Assembly: GCA_048887225.1 (NCBI GenBank)
Contig: JBHLJY010000002.1
Span: forward strand, 160,001-224,000
Direction: 5' to 3'
DNA from: Candidatus Hodarchaeota archaeon
GTDB taxonomy: Archaea > Asgardarchaeota > Lokiarchaeia > Sigyniarchaeales > SOKP01
Length of the DNA stretch: 64,000 nt
The notes beneath the pieces were generated by a model, which saw only the letters and a list, made by a program, of their open reading frames with translations, was not told where the DNA came from and did no database searches. Each line of letters starts with the position of its first letter. Position 1 is the stretch's first letter. Positions 1-10,127 of the stretch are shown here, in pieces. Position numbers and translations under genes: made by a program.

Positions 1-30
1 AAAAGAGATTTTAAAATTTACTTTTCTAAT

Positions 31-687
31 TTAATAGACCCAACCAAAAATTCCCATAAAAATAACGTTTAATATTATCGCTATGGCAAAAATGATTCCT
101 ATTGCCATCTTCTTTTGCTTATCGTCTTTCAATCGAAGCACTAGAATTATTGCTACAAAAAAATGGAAGTAACCGATTAAAAATATCAAAATAACTCCCC
201 ACGGTGACAAATTCCACCATGGATATTCCTATATTAACAATCCGCCAATATTCAGAAGGCATTCAATAAATAAGGCAAAAGCAGCAAAAAATATTGCCAA
301 AAACCAGCGATTAGGAAGTCCTAAGATCTTCTTGTCTTTATCTTCGTAAAGAGAATAGTAATAAACGATTCCTGCTATTGAAAACATAAATATAATCTCT
401 AAATTCCAACCAACCATAACTCTTAGTGCTGTATCTCCTGGAGTAGTCCAAAAAGCAGAATGCTGAGTGGCTGCAAAGACCATACCGTTCCACGTCTCGT
501 TGATAAAATCCATACCAAAAAGAGTTAAACCAGCGTAAATGGGATCCCAATTCCCGGTTTCTCGAGCCTTATGGATCTCTTTCATATAAATATAAAGAAC
601 GATTACTAGTAGAGGGATCGCATACCATTTCATCATAGTAAGGTTCCGAAGTCCATCGAGGGCCTGCCTTGATGCTTCCGTTACCAT
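31..687 (-). pseudogene. Multi-pass membrane protein (about 218 aa) interrupted by one in-frame TAG at 229-231
   Basis: The 229..687 ORF continues in frame past TAG (LLI*EYPWWNLSPWGVILIFLIGYFHFF...GWVY) for 65 more hydrophobic codons to TAA at 31-33. Confidence 0.6.
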
Positions 688-833
688 CTTTTTTCACTTT
701 TTTATTATATTTTTTAATTTAGTTTAATTTAAATTTGCTTTAAGAGATATTTATACCTTATTGGACAATTGTTTATATATGATTGAAATTTAATCAATTT
801 GTATATTATACAATTTGAGGTGATATATCTAAC

Positions 834-1469
834 ATGAGTTTTAAAAAAATGATGGGAACCATTTCAGATAAGTTAAAGATTTCTGGAGGAGTTATAAGAG
901 ATGCTATTAAACAAAATAAGGATTATATAGACGCTGAATTAAGAGTTGTAAAAATAGCTCAAGAAGGTATTAATGCATTAAAATCTTATGCTGAGGCTGA
1001 AACGCCAAGCTTAAAAACATCTGTGAACGCATTAGCTAAAAAACTTGAAAGTATAGAAAAAGCAAGAGAAGAAATGGCAAATCAATTGCAAGAAAAATTT
1101 ATTGGCCTTCTTAATGAAGTTGCGGAAGAAGAAAAAAATTTGAGTGAGAAACTCAGGATAGCTGACGATGCTCAAAAAGACTTGGCAAAAGCAGAAAATA
1201 AACTTGCAAAACTAGAATCTAAACCAAAAGAAAAGCTAAAACCTGAACAAATTGATGAGGCTAAGAGCGCTTTAAAAAAAGCTGATGGAACTTACCGGGA
1301 AGCTGAGGCTGAAGCTAATGCTGTAGCCAATGCTTACAATAAAAAAAAATTGGATTTAACGAAATCTATATTAAAGAATATAGAAGATATCGAAAGAATA
1401 TATCATGATAAGGCTTTGAAGCAAATTGGAGCTAAAAAAGAAGAAGCAATTAGTGTTTCAGATGAATAA
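834..1469 (+). CDS. All-helical BAR-domain-like protein (FAM92/sorting-nexin BAR-like)
   Basis: 211 aa, three long amphipathic helices; ETPSL...LESIEKAR...EKFIGLL and KKKLDLTKSILKNIEDIERIYHDKAL resemble FAM92 BAR from recall; GAGGTG RBS upstream. Confidence 0.55.
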   Translation: MSFKKMMGTISDKLKISGGVIRDAIKQNKDYIDAELRVVKIAQEGINALKSYAEAETPSLKTSVNALAKKLESIEKAREEMANQLQEKFIGLLNEVAEEEKNLSEKLRIADDAQKDLAKAENKLAKLESKPKEKLKPEQIDEAKSALKKADGTYREAEAEANAVANAYNKKKLDLTKSILKNIEDIERIYHDKALKQIGAKKEEAISVSDE

Positions 1470-1721
1470 AAAGTAAAATGACTTTTTATATCTCAATATT
1501 ATGTATTAATAAAAAATTATTAGAAGTTTATCTTTTTTTTAATTATTTATTCATCAATTTCGTCATGGGTATAAGAAAATGTTTTAGAGTCATAAAAGAA
1601 ATAATTTTATAAATGCTACTTTTATAAATATCTTTGATTAGGTAATTATTTTAAAATCTAACTTTAAAAAAACACAAAATTAAAAATATTTTATTTTTAT
1701 AAGCAGATTGGGGGGTTCTAA

Positions 1722-2801
1722 ATTCCTCGTAAAAGAGTCAAAAACTGGTTTCGATCAATTAGAAATTTTCTTCTTAACAAATTTACCGGGAAAAAAATTC
1801 CATATTCCGCCCAAATAGAAGTAAATTTAAAATGCAATGCTAAATGCCCATTCTGCGCAATTGATATATTACCGGAGTCTTATGTTAATAATGAGATGAC
1901 AACAGAACAGATAAAGTTATTAATTGATCAGTTAGCTGAAATAGGTGTAAATGCGTTATCTCTCACGGGAGGAGAGCCAACTTTAAGGAATGATCTGCCA
2001 GAACTCATTTATCACATGGGCATTGTTCATGATTTTTTTAATGGCATAACTAGTAATGGATTTTATCTACCTGAATTGATTCCTAAATTTGAAGGCTTAG
2101 ATTATATATTAACTTCGCTTGATTATCCTACGGCTGAATTACACGACAGAATAAGAGGAATAAAAGTTTTTGATAAAGTCATTAAGTCTATTCATTTAGC
2201 TCATAAAAAGGATATAAACGTTGTAATCAGTACGGTTGTTATGAAGGATAATTTAGATCTATTAGAAGATCTCTGTGAATTAGCTGAAAATTTGAATTGC
2301 GCAATCGAATTATATCCCTGTGAAGATATTATTTGGAAAATTTCCAATCAAAGTTATCGAGTTAATGGCATTAAAGATTTAATACCTAACTTAACACTCT
2401 GGGCTAATAAAATTAGAGAGCTAAAATGCAAATTCAAAAATCTTCTCACAGATACAGTAAGCGTTGAAATAATTGAGAAGGGTGGTTTTGGAGGTAATCC
2501 TCATTTTTACCAGGATATATTGCGATGCCATGTCGCCGAAGCTTACATGTTTATACGTCATGATGGTGTTATTGATTATCCTTGCAAAATAAATCCTCTA
2601 AGAAGTTTTAATGCGTTTAAGTATCCTCCTTCTAAAATAATTAATTGTAAGGAAGTAAGAGAGATTATGGAAAAACACGACGATTATAGTTTTTGTAACG
2701 GTTGTCGACTAGGATGTGCCATAATGTCTTCAATACCAACTAGATTGAAAACATTTTACGCAAAATACGTCCGAGGTTTCTTAGATGGCAATTTAGGATA
2801 A
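1722..2801 (+). CDS. Radical SAM protein with SPASM/twitch-like C-terminus; probable ATT start
   Basis: CNAKCPFC (CxxxCxxC) at 1833-1856 lies upstream of the ORF-track ATG (1896), in frame; GGEP motif; C-terminal Cys cluster; frame open back to TAA 1719-1721. Confidence 0.85.
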   Translation: MPRKRVKNWFRSIRNFLLNKFTGKKIPYSAQIEVNLKCNAKCPFCAIDILPESYVNNEMTTEQIKLLIDQLAEIGVNALSLTGGEPTLRNDLPELIYHMGIVHDFFNGITSNGFYLPELIPKFEGLDYILTSLDYPTAELHDRIRGIKVFDKVIKSIHLAHKKDINVVISTVVMKDNLDLLEDLCELAENLNCAIELYPCEDIIWKISNQSYRVNGIKDLIPNLTLWANKIRELKCKFKNLLTDTVSVEIIEKGGFGGNPHFYQDILRCHVAEAYMFIRHDGVIDYPCKINPLRSFNAFKYPPSKIINCKEVREIMEKHDDYSFCNGCRLGCAIMSSIPTRLKTFYAKYVRGFLDGNLG

Positions 2802-2914
2802 TTTTAAATAAAAGTTTCTATTAAAAATAAGTTTCGTTTAGACTCCTAATTATAACTCCTTTAATATATAAAAAAATTTAATTAAAATTCAAATTTTCTT
2901 AATATAGTGATATT

Positions 2915-3535
2915 ATGGAACCAATTACTCCTGATATAATAATTCAACTTATGTTTATCGCCTTTGTGATGGTTTTATTTAGTATATTGTTGAATAAAAT
3001 TCTTGGATTAAAACCCTCAAAAATGAAAGAAATTAGAGATAAAGCACAGAATCTAAGAGAAAGGGTGCGACAAGCTGAGATTTTAGGAGATACTATATTA
3101 ATGCAACAATTACAAGTTGAAACAATGCAAATGATGAAAGATATGTTAAAAAAACAATTGGTTCCAATGTGTATTAGATGTTTGATTTTTATCGGAATTT
3201 TTATTGTTATTTCTATATTTTACGGTCAATACGAGTATTGGTTTTGGATTTATTTCTTGTTCTCTTTTAGTTTTTCAATGATAGCAATGGGCTTAAGCTA
3301 TGCTTATAAAAAGGTAAAAAGGAAAGAAGATAAAAGAAAAATTTTTGCTAAAGAAATTATGGAGTCTATTTATCCATCTCAACAACTCCAACTTCAAGGT
3401 TCGGGCTTTCATTTAACAGGTCATCCTGCAACAGAATCCCAAGACTCTACTAATTTTCAAGAAAGCCCTAATGCAAAAGAGGAGAACCAAAAAGTTGAAA
3501 AGTCTGATGATTGGAAAGATCGAATGCAAAATTAA
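2915..3535 (+). CDS. EMC3/TMCO1/Get1-like (DUF106, Oxa1 superfamily) membrane insertase
   Basis: TM1, cytosolic coiled-coil, Met-rich MMKDMLKKQLVPM segment, then two TMs. Confidence 0.7.
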   Translation: MEPITPDIIIQLMFIAFVMVLFSILLNKILGLKPSKMKEIRDKAQNLRERVRQAEILGDTILMQQLQVETMQMMKDMLKKQLVPMCIRCLIFIGIFIVISIFYGQYEYWFWIYFLFSFSFSMIAMGLSYAYKKVKRKEDKRKIFAKEIMESIYPSQQLQLQGSGFHLTGHPATESQDSTNFQESPNAKEENQKVEKSDDWKDRMQN

Positions 3536-3594
3536 ATTTAATTATCCTTCAAGCTTTCTCTATATATATTAATTTTATTATAATCTAAACGCTT

Positions 3595-3882
3595 ATGAAA
3601 CGCAATATTATAGTTCTTAATATTTTTTTTATAACTTTATTCGTTATATTTTTAATTTTATCATTGTTCTTCTGGTTCTTTTTATTAATCCCTTTTTTCT
3701 TTTTGCCCATTATATGTTATTTACCATTTGCTTTTAAAGGGAAAAAGAGAAGATTGGAACCATTATTAGATATTGACAGTCAAATTCCAAAAATAAGAAA
3801 ATGTCCCGTGTGCGGGGGCGAGATTAGAGAACCAATAGCTCAGTACTGTTATCACTGTGGTTCTAAACTAAATAAAGAATAA
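3595..3882 (+). CDS. Small membrane protein with C-terminal zinc ribbon
   Basis: Hydrophobic N-terminal half; CPVCG...YCYHCG. Confidence 0.75.
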   Translation: MKRNIIVLNIFFITLFVIFLILSLFFWFFLLIPFFFLPIICYLPFAFKGKKRRLEPLLDIDSQIPKIRKCPVCGGEIREPIAQYCYHCGSKLNKE

Positions 3883-3888
3883 AAACGG

Positions 3889-4395
3889 TTGAAATTCATG
3901 GAAGAAATTAACGAAATTAAAAAAGTTGATGATATCAGAAAACAAATGATTCTCTATTTCTTATTTGCTATAGCTATGATTCTGTTGAATTATTTAATCC
4001 AAAAACTAAATCAATTATTATTTGCGCCATATATTTGTCAAAATTTTGGAGCTTCTTCTCTCATTCAAACTTTCTATTGTTCAACTAACCCATATAACCT
4101 ACCTGAATTAATTGGCTCTATTTTCGCAGTTGGAATTACTTACATAACAAAATTTATTTTAGATAAATTTATTGTTTTCAAACAGACAAAGATCGAGTTA
4201 AAAGAAACTTCTAAAGAATTCTTTAAATATTTTGGATTTGCCATCATTACTACAATAATAAACATTGGTATTCAATTTATTTTAACAAACTTTTTTAAGA
4301 CACCATTAGAAATTAGTGTTATAGTAGCATTATCAATAGGATATTTCCTGAAATTCTTATTGGATCGTAAATATGTTTTTAATAAAGAGTATTAA
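3889..4395 (+). CDS. GtrA-family membrane protein
   Basis: Four TMs with duplicated KFILDKFIVF / KFLLDRKYVF and FFKYFGF motifs. Confidence 0.75.
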   Translation: MKFMEEINEIKKVDDIRKQMILYFLFAIAMILLNYLIQKLNQLLFAPYICQNFGASSLIQTFYCSTNPYNLPELIGSIFAVGITYITKFILDKFIVFKQTKIELKETSKEFFKYFGFAIITTIINIGIQFILTNFFKTPLEISVIVALSIGYFLKFLLDRKYVFNKEY

Positions 4396-4487
4396 ACAAG
4401 ATTAGAATTACTTCAGAATAATAAAATTTAATAGATTAAATTGCGTTTCAACTATTAAATAAAAAAAATAAAAGATCAAATTGCTTT

Positions 4488-5819
4488 ATGCCAAAAGATC
4501 GTGAAGAAGACGATAAATCAATCGTTGACGCTCTTTCTGCTCTAGGATGGGTCGAAGAAAAAGAAGAAGGCGAAGAGTCAACAGAATTAGAAGAGGACCT
4601 TCAAACTCAACTTAATTTCTTTAAAGAACAATATAGACAATTAACTGAAGACATAAAAAAGCTTACTAGAGAAAAAGATGAGTTGATGAAAAAGAAAAAC
4701 GAATTGTCAAGAGAAAATGAACAACTATTACAAATGACTCTTACCGAAAAAAATAAGACCGATGACGTCCAAGCTGATAATGAATCTATAAAAGAAAGAG
4801 ATCAAATTATTGCTGATAAGGATCGATTAATAGATGAATTGGAAACGAAAATTCAAAAAATGACTGAAAAAATCGATAGTCGTGGACATCAGATTGCGGC
4901 AGTCCAAGAATTAAAAGACATTATAGCCCAGAAAGACCAAGAGATTGAAGAAAAACAACATTATATGCATCAACTATATTCTACAATCAGCGAGAAAAGT
5001 TTCGAAATTGAAGAAAAAACTCAAGAGATACTGGATATGGATAATAAAGTTAAAAATTTAGAAGAGAAAATATCCCATTACGAAGATTTAACTCCAATTA
5101 TGGAGGAACAAAATCAAAAAATAAAAGATTTAGTCTCTCAAATTGACAAACAGAAGATTGAACTCGAGAGCTTACAAGAAAAGGATAATAAAATAAGAGA
5201 ATTAGAAGAGCAAATTCAGTATCTAGAAAATGAGATGAAACTTGATACAGTAAAAAAATCAAAATATGAAAAAATTAGATTGCTTGCGGAAAAAAAAGAC
5301 GAAATTATAACAGAAAAGGAAAAAGCGATTTTTGAAGCTGAAAATTCCTTAAAATTATCAAATCAAAAAATTAATGATTTATCACAGCAATTAGAAACTT
5401 TTAATCTTGTTAAAAAAGATTTGGAGAAAAAAGAAGAACGCATTAAAACATTAGTAATTGAAATTGAAGAAAAAATTCAAAAAGAGCTTGCAAATAAGGA
5501 AACAATTAAAAATCTTGAAGACAAACTTGAAAAGGCTCAAAAATCTAGTGCTAAATATGAAATACAATTTAATAATAATGTAAATTTACTACAAGAAAAA
5601 GAAACAGAGTTAAAGAATTTAAATAGTAAAATTAAAGAATTAAACAATAAGTTAACTGAAGGAGAAAAAATCGAGGATAAGCTTTTAAACGATATCCAGA
5701 AGATTAAAGATGATAAATTAAAGCTTGAATCAGAGCTGGAAAAAAAGGATGCGGAGTTAGTAGAACTAAAGAAAAAAATAAAATTAATGCGTAGAGAAAT
5801 ATCAAAATCTAAAAAATAG
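4488..5819 (+). CDS. Long coiled-coil protein
   Basis: 443 aa, nearly continuous E/K/Q-rich heptads. Confidence 0.8.
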   Translation: MPKDREEDDKSIVDALSALGWVEEKEEGEESTELEEDLQTQLNFFKEQYRQLTEDIKKLTREKDELMKKKNELSRENEQLLQMTLTEKNKTDDVQADNESIKERDQIIADKDRLIDELETKIQKMTEKIDSRGHQIAAVQELKDIIAQKDQEIEEKQHYMHQLYSTISEKSFEIEEKTQEILDMDNKVKNLEEKISHYEDLTPIMEEQNQKIKDLVSQIDKQKIELESLQEKDNKIRELEEQIQYLENEMKLDTVKKSKYEKIRLLAEKKDEIITEKEKAIFEAENSLKLSNQKINDLSQQLETFNLVKKDLEKKEERIKTLVIEIEEKIQKELANKETIKNLEDKLEKAQKSSAKYEIQFNNNVNLLQEKETELKNLNSKIKELNNKLTEGEKIEDKLLNDIQKIKDDKLKLESELEKKDAELVELKKKIKLMRREISKSKK

Positions 5820-5882
5820 AATTTTTGCTAATTAAACCTATTTCTATATTAAAAAAGATAAAAATAAAATAATTTAAATTTA

Positions 5883-6881
5883 CTATTTCTCCCTCCAAAC
5901 GACCCCACAGAGGCCGCATTTATATTTCTTGCCGTACATTCTAGGATAATCAAGAATAATGTTGGTCTTATCTATCGATTCGTGAATCAAGCTTTTATCT
6001 TCGTTATCGCATTTTGGACATTTTCTGCGTCCTTCGACTTTTTGAATTGTCATAATTGATTCATCGACTTGTCCTGGCATACCAGGAGCTGCACTTGAAG
6101 ATACTTCTGTTTTTATCTCGGGAGTTACTTCCTCCTTAAACTCTGCTTTATGTTCTGGTTCAATAGCTGCAGTAACTTTATCTGCTTCAGTTTCAGGCTC
6201 TAATTCTGACTCTGCTCTTAATTGAACGGCATCTGATTCTTTATAATCCTCACCTTTTTCTAAGGCAGCTAAAAACTCAGCATCATCTCCTTCTTCAAAT
6301 ATTACCTCATTTTGATCACCTGCTCGATCGGCATCAATACTTCTAGCCCATTGACCTGACTTTACCTTCTCTTTTACACTACAGGTTGTTCCCTGCCATA
6401 TATAAATTTTCGTTCCCAAATCTGCAACAAAACAATCTTCAGAATCTAAAGAATCCTTGGAAAAAGGGACTTGAATCATTTTCATAGAATTAATGTCTTC
6501 AAATTCTTCAGAAGATATTCTATATAAAACATTTTTATGTTCAGCAAATTGACCCCAATCCCCAGTTACAACGTCTTTTAACATAGTCTTAGCGATATTT
6601 TGTTCAACAATCTTCATTGCGCCCATGGAAGCGATGAGTTTCAAAAATTCTGGTGTCTCTTGACCTTGATCAACGGTAATAATTTTTGCTGCCCCGCCCC
6701 TCTCCTGGTCTAACCTACGAGCATTGGCTGCACCTGTAGTCTTCTCGTCAACGCTACATTTACTTCCAATCCATATATAAATAGTTTTTTCGTCGTCAAT
6801 AAGATACACATCGCCAGTAGAGAACACTGTATTCTTTATTTCGTTAAGCTCCCCCTTGTTTATTAAATATAATTTAACCAT
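5883..6881 (-). CDS. Two-domain gelsolin-family actin regulator with C-terminal zinc ribbon
   Basis: FSTGDVYLID...IYIWIG...DQGQETPEF and LDSEDCFVAD...IYIWQG...EEGDD gelsolin repeats; acidic linker; CPKC...CGLC. Confidence 0.9.
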   Translation of the reverse strand: MVKLYLINKGELNEIKNTVFSTGDVYLIDDEKTIYIWIGSKCSVDEKTTGAANARRLDQERGGAAKIITVDQGQETPEFLKLIASMGAMKIVEQNIAKTMLKDVVTGDWGQFAEHKNVLYRISSEEFEDINSMKMIQVPFSKDSLDSEDCFVADLGTKIYIWQGTTCSVKEKVKSGQWARSIDADRAGDQNEVIFEEGDDAEFLAALEKGEDYKESDAVQLRAESELEPETEADKVTAAIEPEHKAEFKEEVTPEIKTEVSSSAAPGMPGQVDESIMTIQKVEGRRKCPKCDNEDKSLIHESIDKTNIILDYPRMYGKKYKCGLCGVVWREK

Positions 6882-7012
6882 TCTAAATCACCAATTTACT
6901 TTTATTTTTTTAGTTTAAGTATTTTGATTATAGTGTATATTTATAAAAATCTTTAGAATCATTTTTATATATTTTTATAAAAAAAGAATTGAAAATAAAA
7001 AAACTATTTAAA

Positions 7013-8392
7013 TTAAAAATCCTTAAGAGCCAAATTAATTCTGTTTATAAACTCTGGTATTTGTTGTATGTCAATAGAACAATAAGCAATTCGAATACCA
7101 TTAATATTATCGTTTATTTTCTCAATAGGAATTACTCCTACTTTATATTTCTTTAATAAATGGTCTGCAAATTCAGTTGCTCTAATTTTATATGGATTTA
7201 GGTTTACAAATAAGAAAAATCCCCCAGAATTAGGATCAACTGTAATATCTGGATCATTTATTTGTGCCAATTCAGAATTTATTTTTTCATATCTTGTTTT
7301 AAGTAGATGTTTAACCTTATCTCTCTCTGCTATAATTTGGTCTATCCCATTTTCTTGTAGCATTTTTTGAGTTATAGCTTGATAAAAGTGGTTACAATTT
7401 GATACCGTACTCCGATTCATTCCCTCTAATTTATTATCGATCTCTTTTTTCAAAATTTCTAATTCATCGTCTTTTGCTACCCAATTTGGTTTTATACCTA
7501 TAGTAACGAAACCTATTCTTCCACCATACATCAGAAGCTCTTTTGTTATTCCATCTAATTTAATAGGAATAATATTTTCGTCTAACTCGTGTAGATCGTA
7601 AAACATAGAGATATTTATATTTTCCTCATTGTAGACGTAAGATTCATACGCGTCATCTACAATAACTATAATAGTTTTTTTCAGGGAACTATGTATTTCT
7701 CTTAGCAAATCAATTATCTCTTTAGCTTCTCTGAAAGTTGGCGTATAACCCGTTGGATTATTTGGGAAGTTTAAAATTGTGACTATTTTTTCTTGCACTT
7801 CGGAAACTTCTAAAATTGCGTCTTTTAATCCTTGTAGATTAATCGTATTATCCTTAAAAAAATCGAAAGATTTAATCTTAGCACCTATATGTTTTACGAT
7901 AACATTATCGTAATTTCCCCATCTTTTATTCGGAGAAACAATGTATTCTCCAGGATTTAAAAATATAGCACAGCATAAATAAATCCCGTTTGTTACACCC
8001 GAAGTTATAATTGGTGTCGTAATATACATTTTAAGTCTTTTAATCTTTTTTTTTTCTATATCTTCCTTATACAGAGATTTTTTAATTATCCACTTTTTCC
8101 AAACATCTCTAGTGTCAGCAAGGCCACCAATGGAAGCATAAGGAACGATTTGCTTAATGTTTATGTTTGTATAATTTTTAATATCCTTAAGATAACATGG
8201 AACCCATTCGTTAGATCCGCCGTCGATGAAATCTTTTTCAAAACCAAAAGCAGAGCCTATTGTCCCGATGATCTCAGCTTCTTTTTTCGCTCTTCCTGAC
8301 CAATAAAATATTCCCTCTGGTAAAAAAATCCGTTTTCCTAACTCCGAGAACGTATTATATAGGGGAGTTTTCTGAATATACTTAAATTCCAT
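7013..8392 (-). CDS. PLP-dependent aminotransferase class I/II
   Basis: NFPNNPTG, DDAY, GITKELLMYGGRIG, GIRIAY. Confidence 0.9.
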   Translation of the reverse strand: MEFKYIQKTPLYNTFSELGKRIFLPEGIFYWSGRAKKEAEIIGTIGSAFGFEKDFIDGGSNEWVPCYLKDIKNYTNINIKQIVPYASIGGLADTRDVWKKWIIKKSLYKEDIEKKKIKRLKMYITTPIITSGVTNGIYLCCAIFLNPGEYIVSPNKRWGNYDNVIVKHIGAKIKSFDFFKDNTINLQGLKDAILEVSEVQEKIVTILNFPNNPTGYTPTFREAKEIIDLLREIHSSLKKTIIVIVDDAYESYVYNEENINISMFYDLHELDENIIPIKLDGITKELLMYGGRIGFVTIGIKPNWVAKDDELEILKKEIDNKLEGMNRSTVSNCNHFYQAITQKMLQENGIDQIIAERDKVKHLLKTRYEKINSELAQINDPDITVDPNSGGFFLFVNLNPYKIRATEFADHLLKKYKVGVIPIEKINDNINGIRIAYCSIDIQQIPEFINRINLALKDF

Positions 8393-8476
8393 ACTATCTG
8401 GGGAAATCTATTAAAATTAATTAATTTTTCTAAAAAAGTAAAATTTTTTAATATAATCGAAGGTATATTTAAAATT

Positions 8477-8941
8477 ATGAGCAATGAAAATAATTCTGAA
8501 AAGGAAAAGGAAAATATTATTACGAAAGGCTGGAACGATTTCGTTTCTGGACTAAAAGATGGATTTGAAAAATTTAAAACCAATCTAGAGGGCCAATCTC
8601 GTAAAAATGTTGAGAACTGGGAAAAAGCTAAAGGAAAAGTTGGAAATTTTTTCGAAAAAATGAATACTAATTGGGATATACAAGTCAAAGAATGGGAGGA
8701 GGGGATAAAAGAAATTCAAGAAAAAAATAAAGAACAGTGGGAAGCGAGAAAAGAGAGAATTAGAGAAGATTTTGAAAAATGGCAAGATAATATACGACAA
8801 GACTGGAAAGATGGAGTTAAATCATGGAATAGGGGGATGATAAAAGGAGCCTGGATATTCCTTATTGTTATGATTCCCATAATTATCGTTTTATTCGTTA
8901 TTGTTTATATATTTCGAATGTTAATGGAAGCTGTCCCGTAA
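8477..8941 (+). CDS. Tail-anchored membrane protein with Trp/Phe-periodic amphipathic helices
   Basis: Recurring W/F at 7-11 aa spacing; single C-terminal TM. Confidence 0.7.
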   Translation: MSNENNSEKEKENIITKGWNDFVSGLKDGFEKFKTNLEGQSRKNVENWEKAKGKVGNFFEKMNTNWDIQVKEWEEGIKEIQEKNKEQWEARKERIREDFEKWQDNIRQDWKDGVKSWNRGMIKGAWIFLIVMIPIIIVLFVIVYIFRMLMEAVP

Positions 8942-9061
8942 CTTACAAGCAATTTCTATCTCTTTTTCTTCTAAAATATTTATACCTTTGAATGAAAAAA
9001 TCTAAATTCTATTAATTTTTAATTCAATCATAATAAGTTTATTAACCGTGATGATTTCCTT

Positions 9062-9853
9062 TTGAGAGTATTTCCTTCAGATAATAAGAAAATCGTGATT
9101 AAAGTTTCAACAAATATGATTACGGATGGTGTTGATACTATTTATTTAGATAAAGTTCAAGCATTTGTAAAAGAAGTAGCAGAATTAATTAAGGACGGTA
9201 AATCCATAATAATTGTAAGTAGCGGAGCTATTGGTTGTGGGCTCGCAAAACTTGCTATTAAAACTCGCCCAAAAGAATATAAACTACTTCAAGCTTTAGC
9301 ATCTGTGGGTCAGATTCATCTAATGAGTATCTACCAAGAAGAATTTAATAAATATGGCTTAAATGTAGGCCAAATATTACTTACTGCTGATGATACTAAA
9401 GATTCTACTCGAAGAGCTTATGTAAGGAATACTCTAGAAGTTTTATTAGAAAAGGGGATTGTTCCAATAATTAATGAAAACGATTCTGTTGCAATAGAGG
9501 AAATAAGATATGGTGATAACGATACTCTTTCGGCTTTGGTGGCAATATTACTATTCGTTGATCTTTTAGTATTACTAACCGATGTTGAAGGTCTCTATGA
9601 TAAAAATCCTAAGATCCATTCTGACTGTAAATTAATAAAACAAGTAGATATTATCGATGAGGATTTAGAAAAATTAGCAGAAGATATTGATTGTGGAATC
9701 ACATTCGGTGGAATGACTTCGAAGATAAAAGCAATAAAAAAATTAACCAATATTGGAATTCCAGCCATAATCACGTCGTTTAGTAATAATAATATTTTAA
9801 AAAGACTCTTAAATGGAGAAGAGTTAGGGACTTATTTTATACCACATAAATAA
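9062..9853 (+). CDS. proB: Glutamate 5-kinase (no PUA domain)
   Basis: VSSGAIG, PIINENDSV, GDNDTLSA, LLTDVEGLY, GGMTSK. Confidence 0.95.
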   Translation: MRVFPSDNKKIVIKVSTNMITDGVDTIYLDKVQAFVKEVAELIKDGKSIIIVSSGAIGCGLAKLAIKTRPKEYKLLQALASVGQIHLMSIYQEEFNKYGLNVGQILLTADDTKDSTRRAYVRNTLEVLLEKGIVPIINENDSVAIEEIRYGDNDTLSALVAILLFVDLLVLLTDVEGLYDKNPKIHSDCKLIKQVDIIDEDLEKLAEDIDCGITFGGMTSKIKAIKKLTNIGIPAIITSFSNNNILKRLLNGEELGTYFIPHK

Positions 9854-10127
9854 ATTTGAGTTTATTTAATTAATAATTAAAATCTTATATGGTGCTGAAA
9901 TAACAAATTCCTTCTTTTTGTTGAAATAATCAATTCAATGTTATCAGGTTTTTAACATTCAGAGAAAAAATTATAAGCCAGTAAATCTTACTAAGGCTAA
10001 GAAATTAATATTTTTTTAAGATAATTAATTATATCTACTTATATAATTATTTAATAATGAGAGAATTTTTATACTAATAATAGAATATAATCCATTTTTT
10101 TAGACTATTTAAAAAAGCAAATTTTTT

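Noticed and set aside
229-231. TAG as pyrrolysine
   Set aside because: No pyl genes or methylamine methyltransferase context in the window; the position looks like a Trp
9937-9998. Two short hairpins between proB and the large gene
   Set aside because: Short, mostly AT stems, plausible by chance; at most terminator-like
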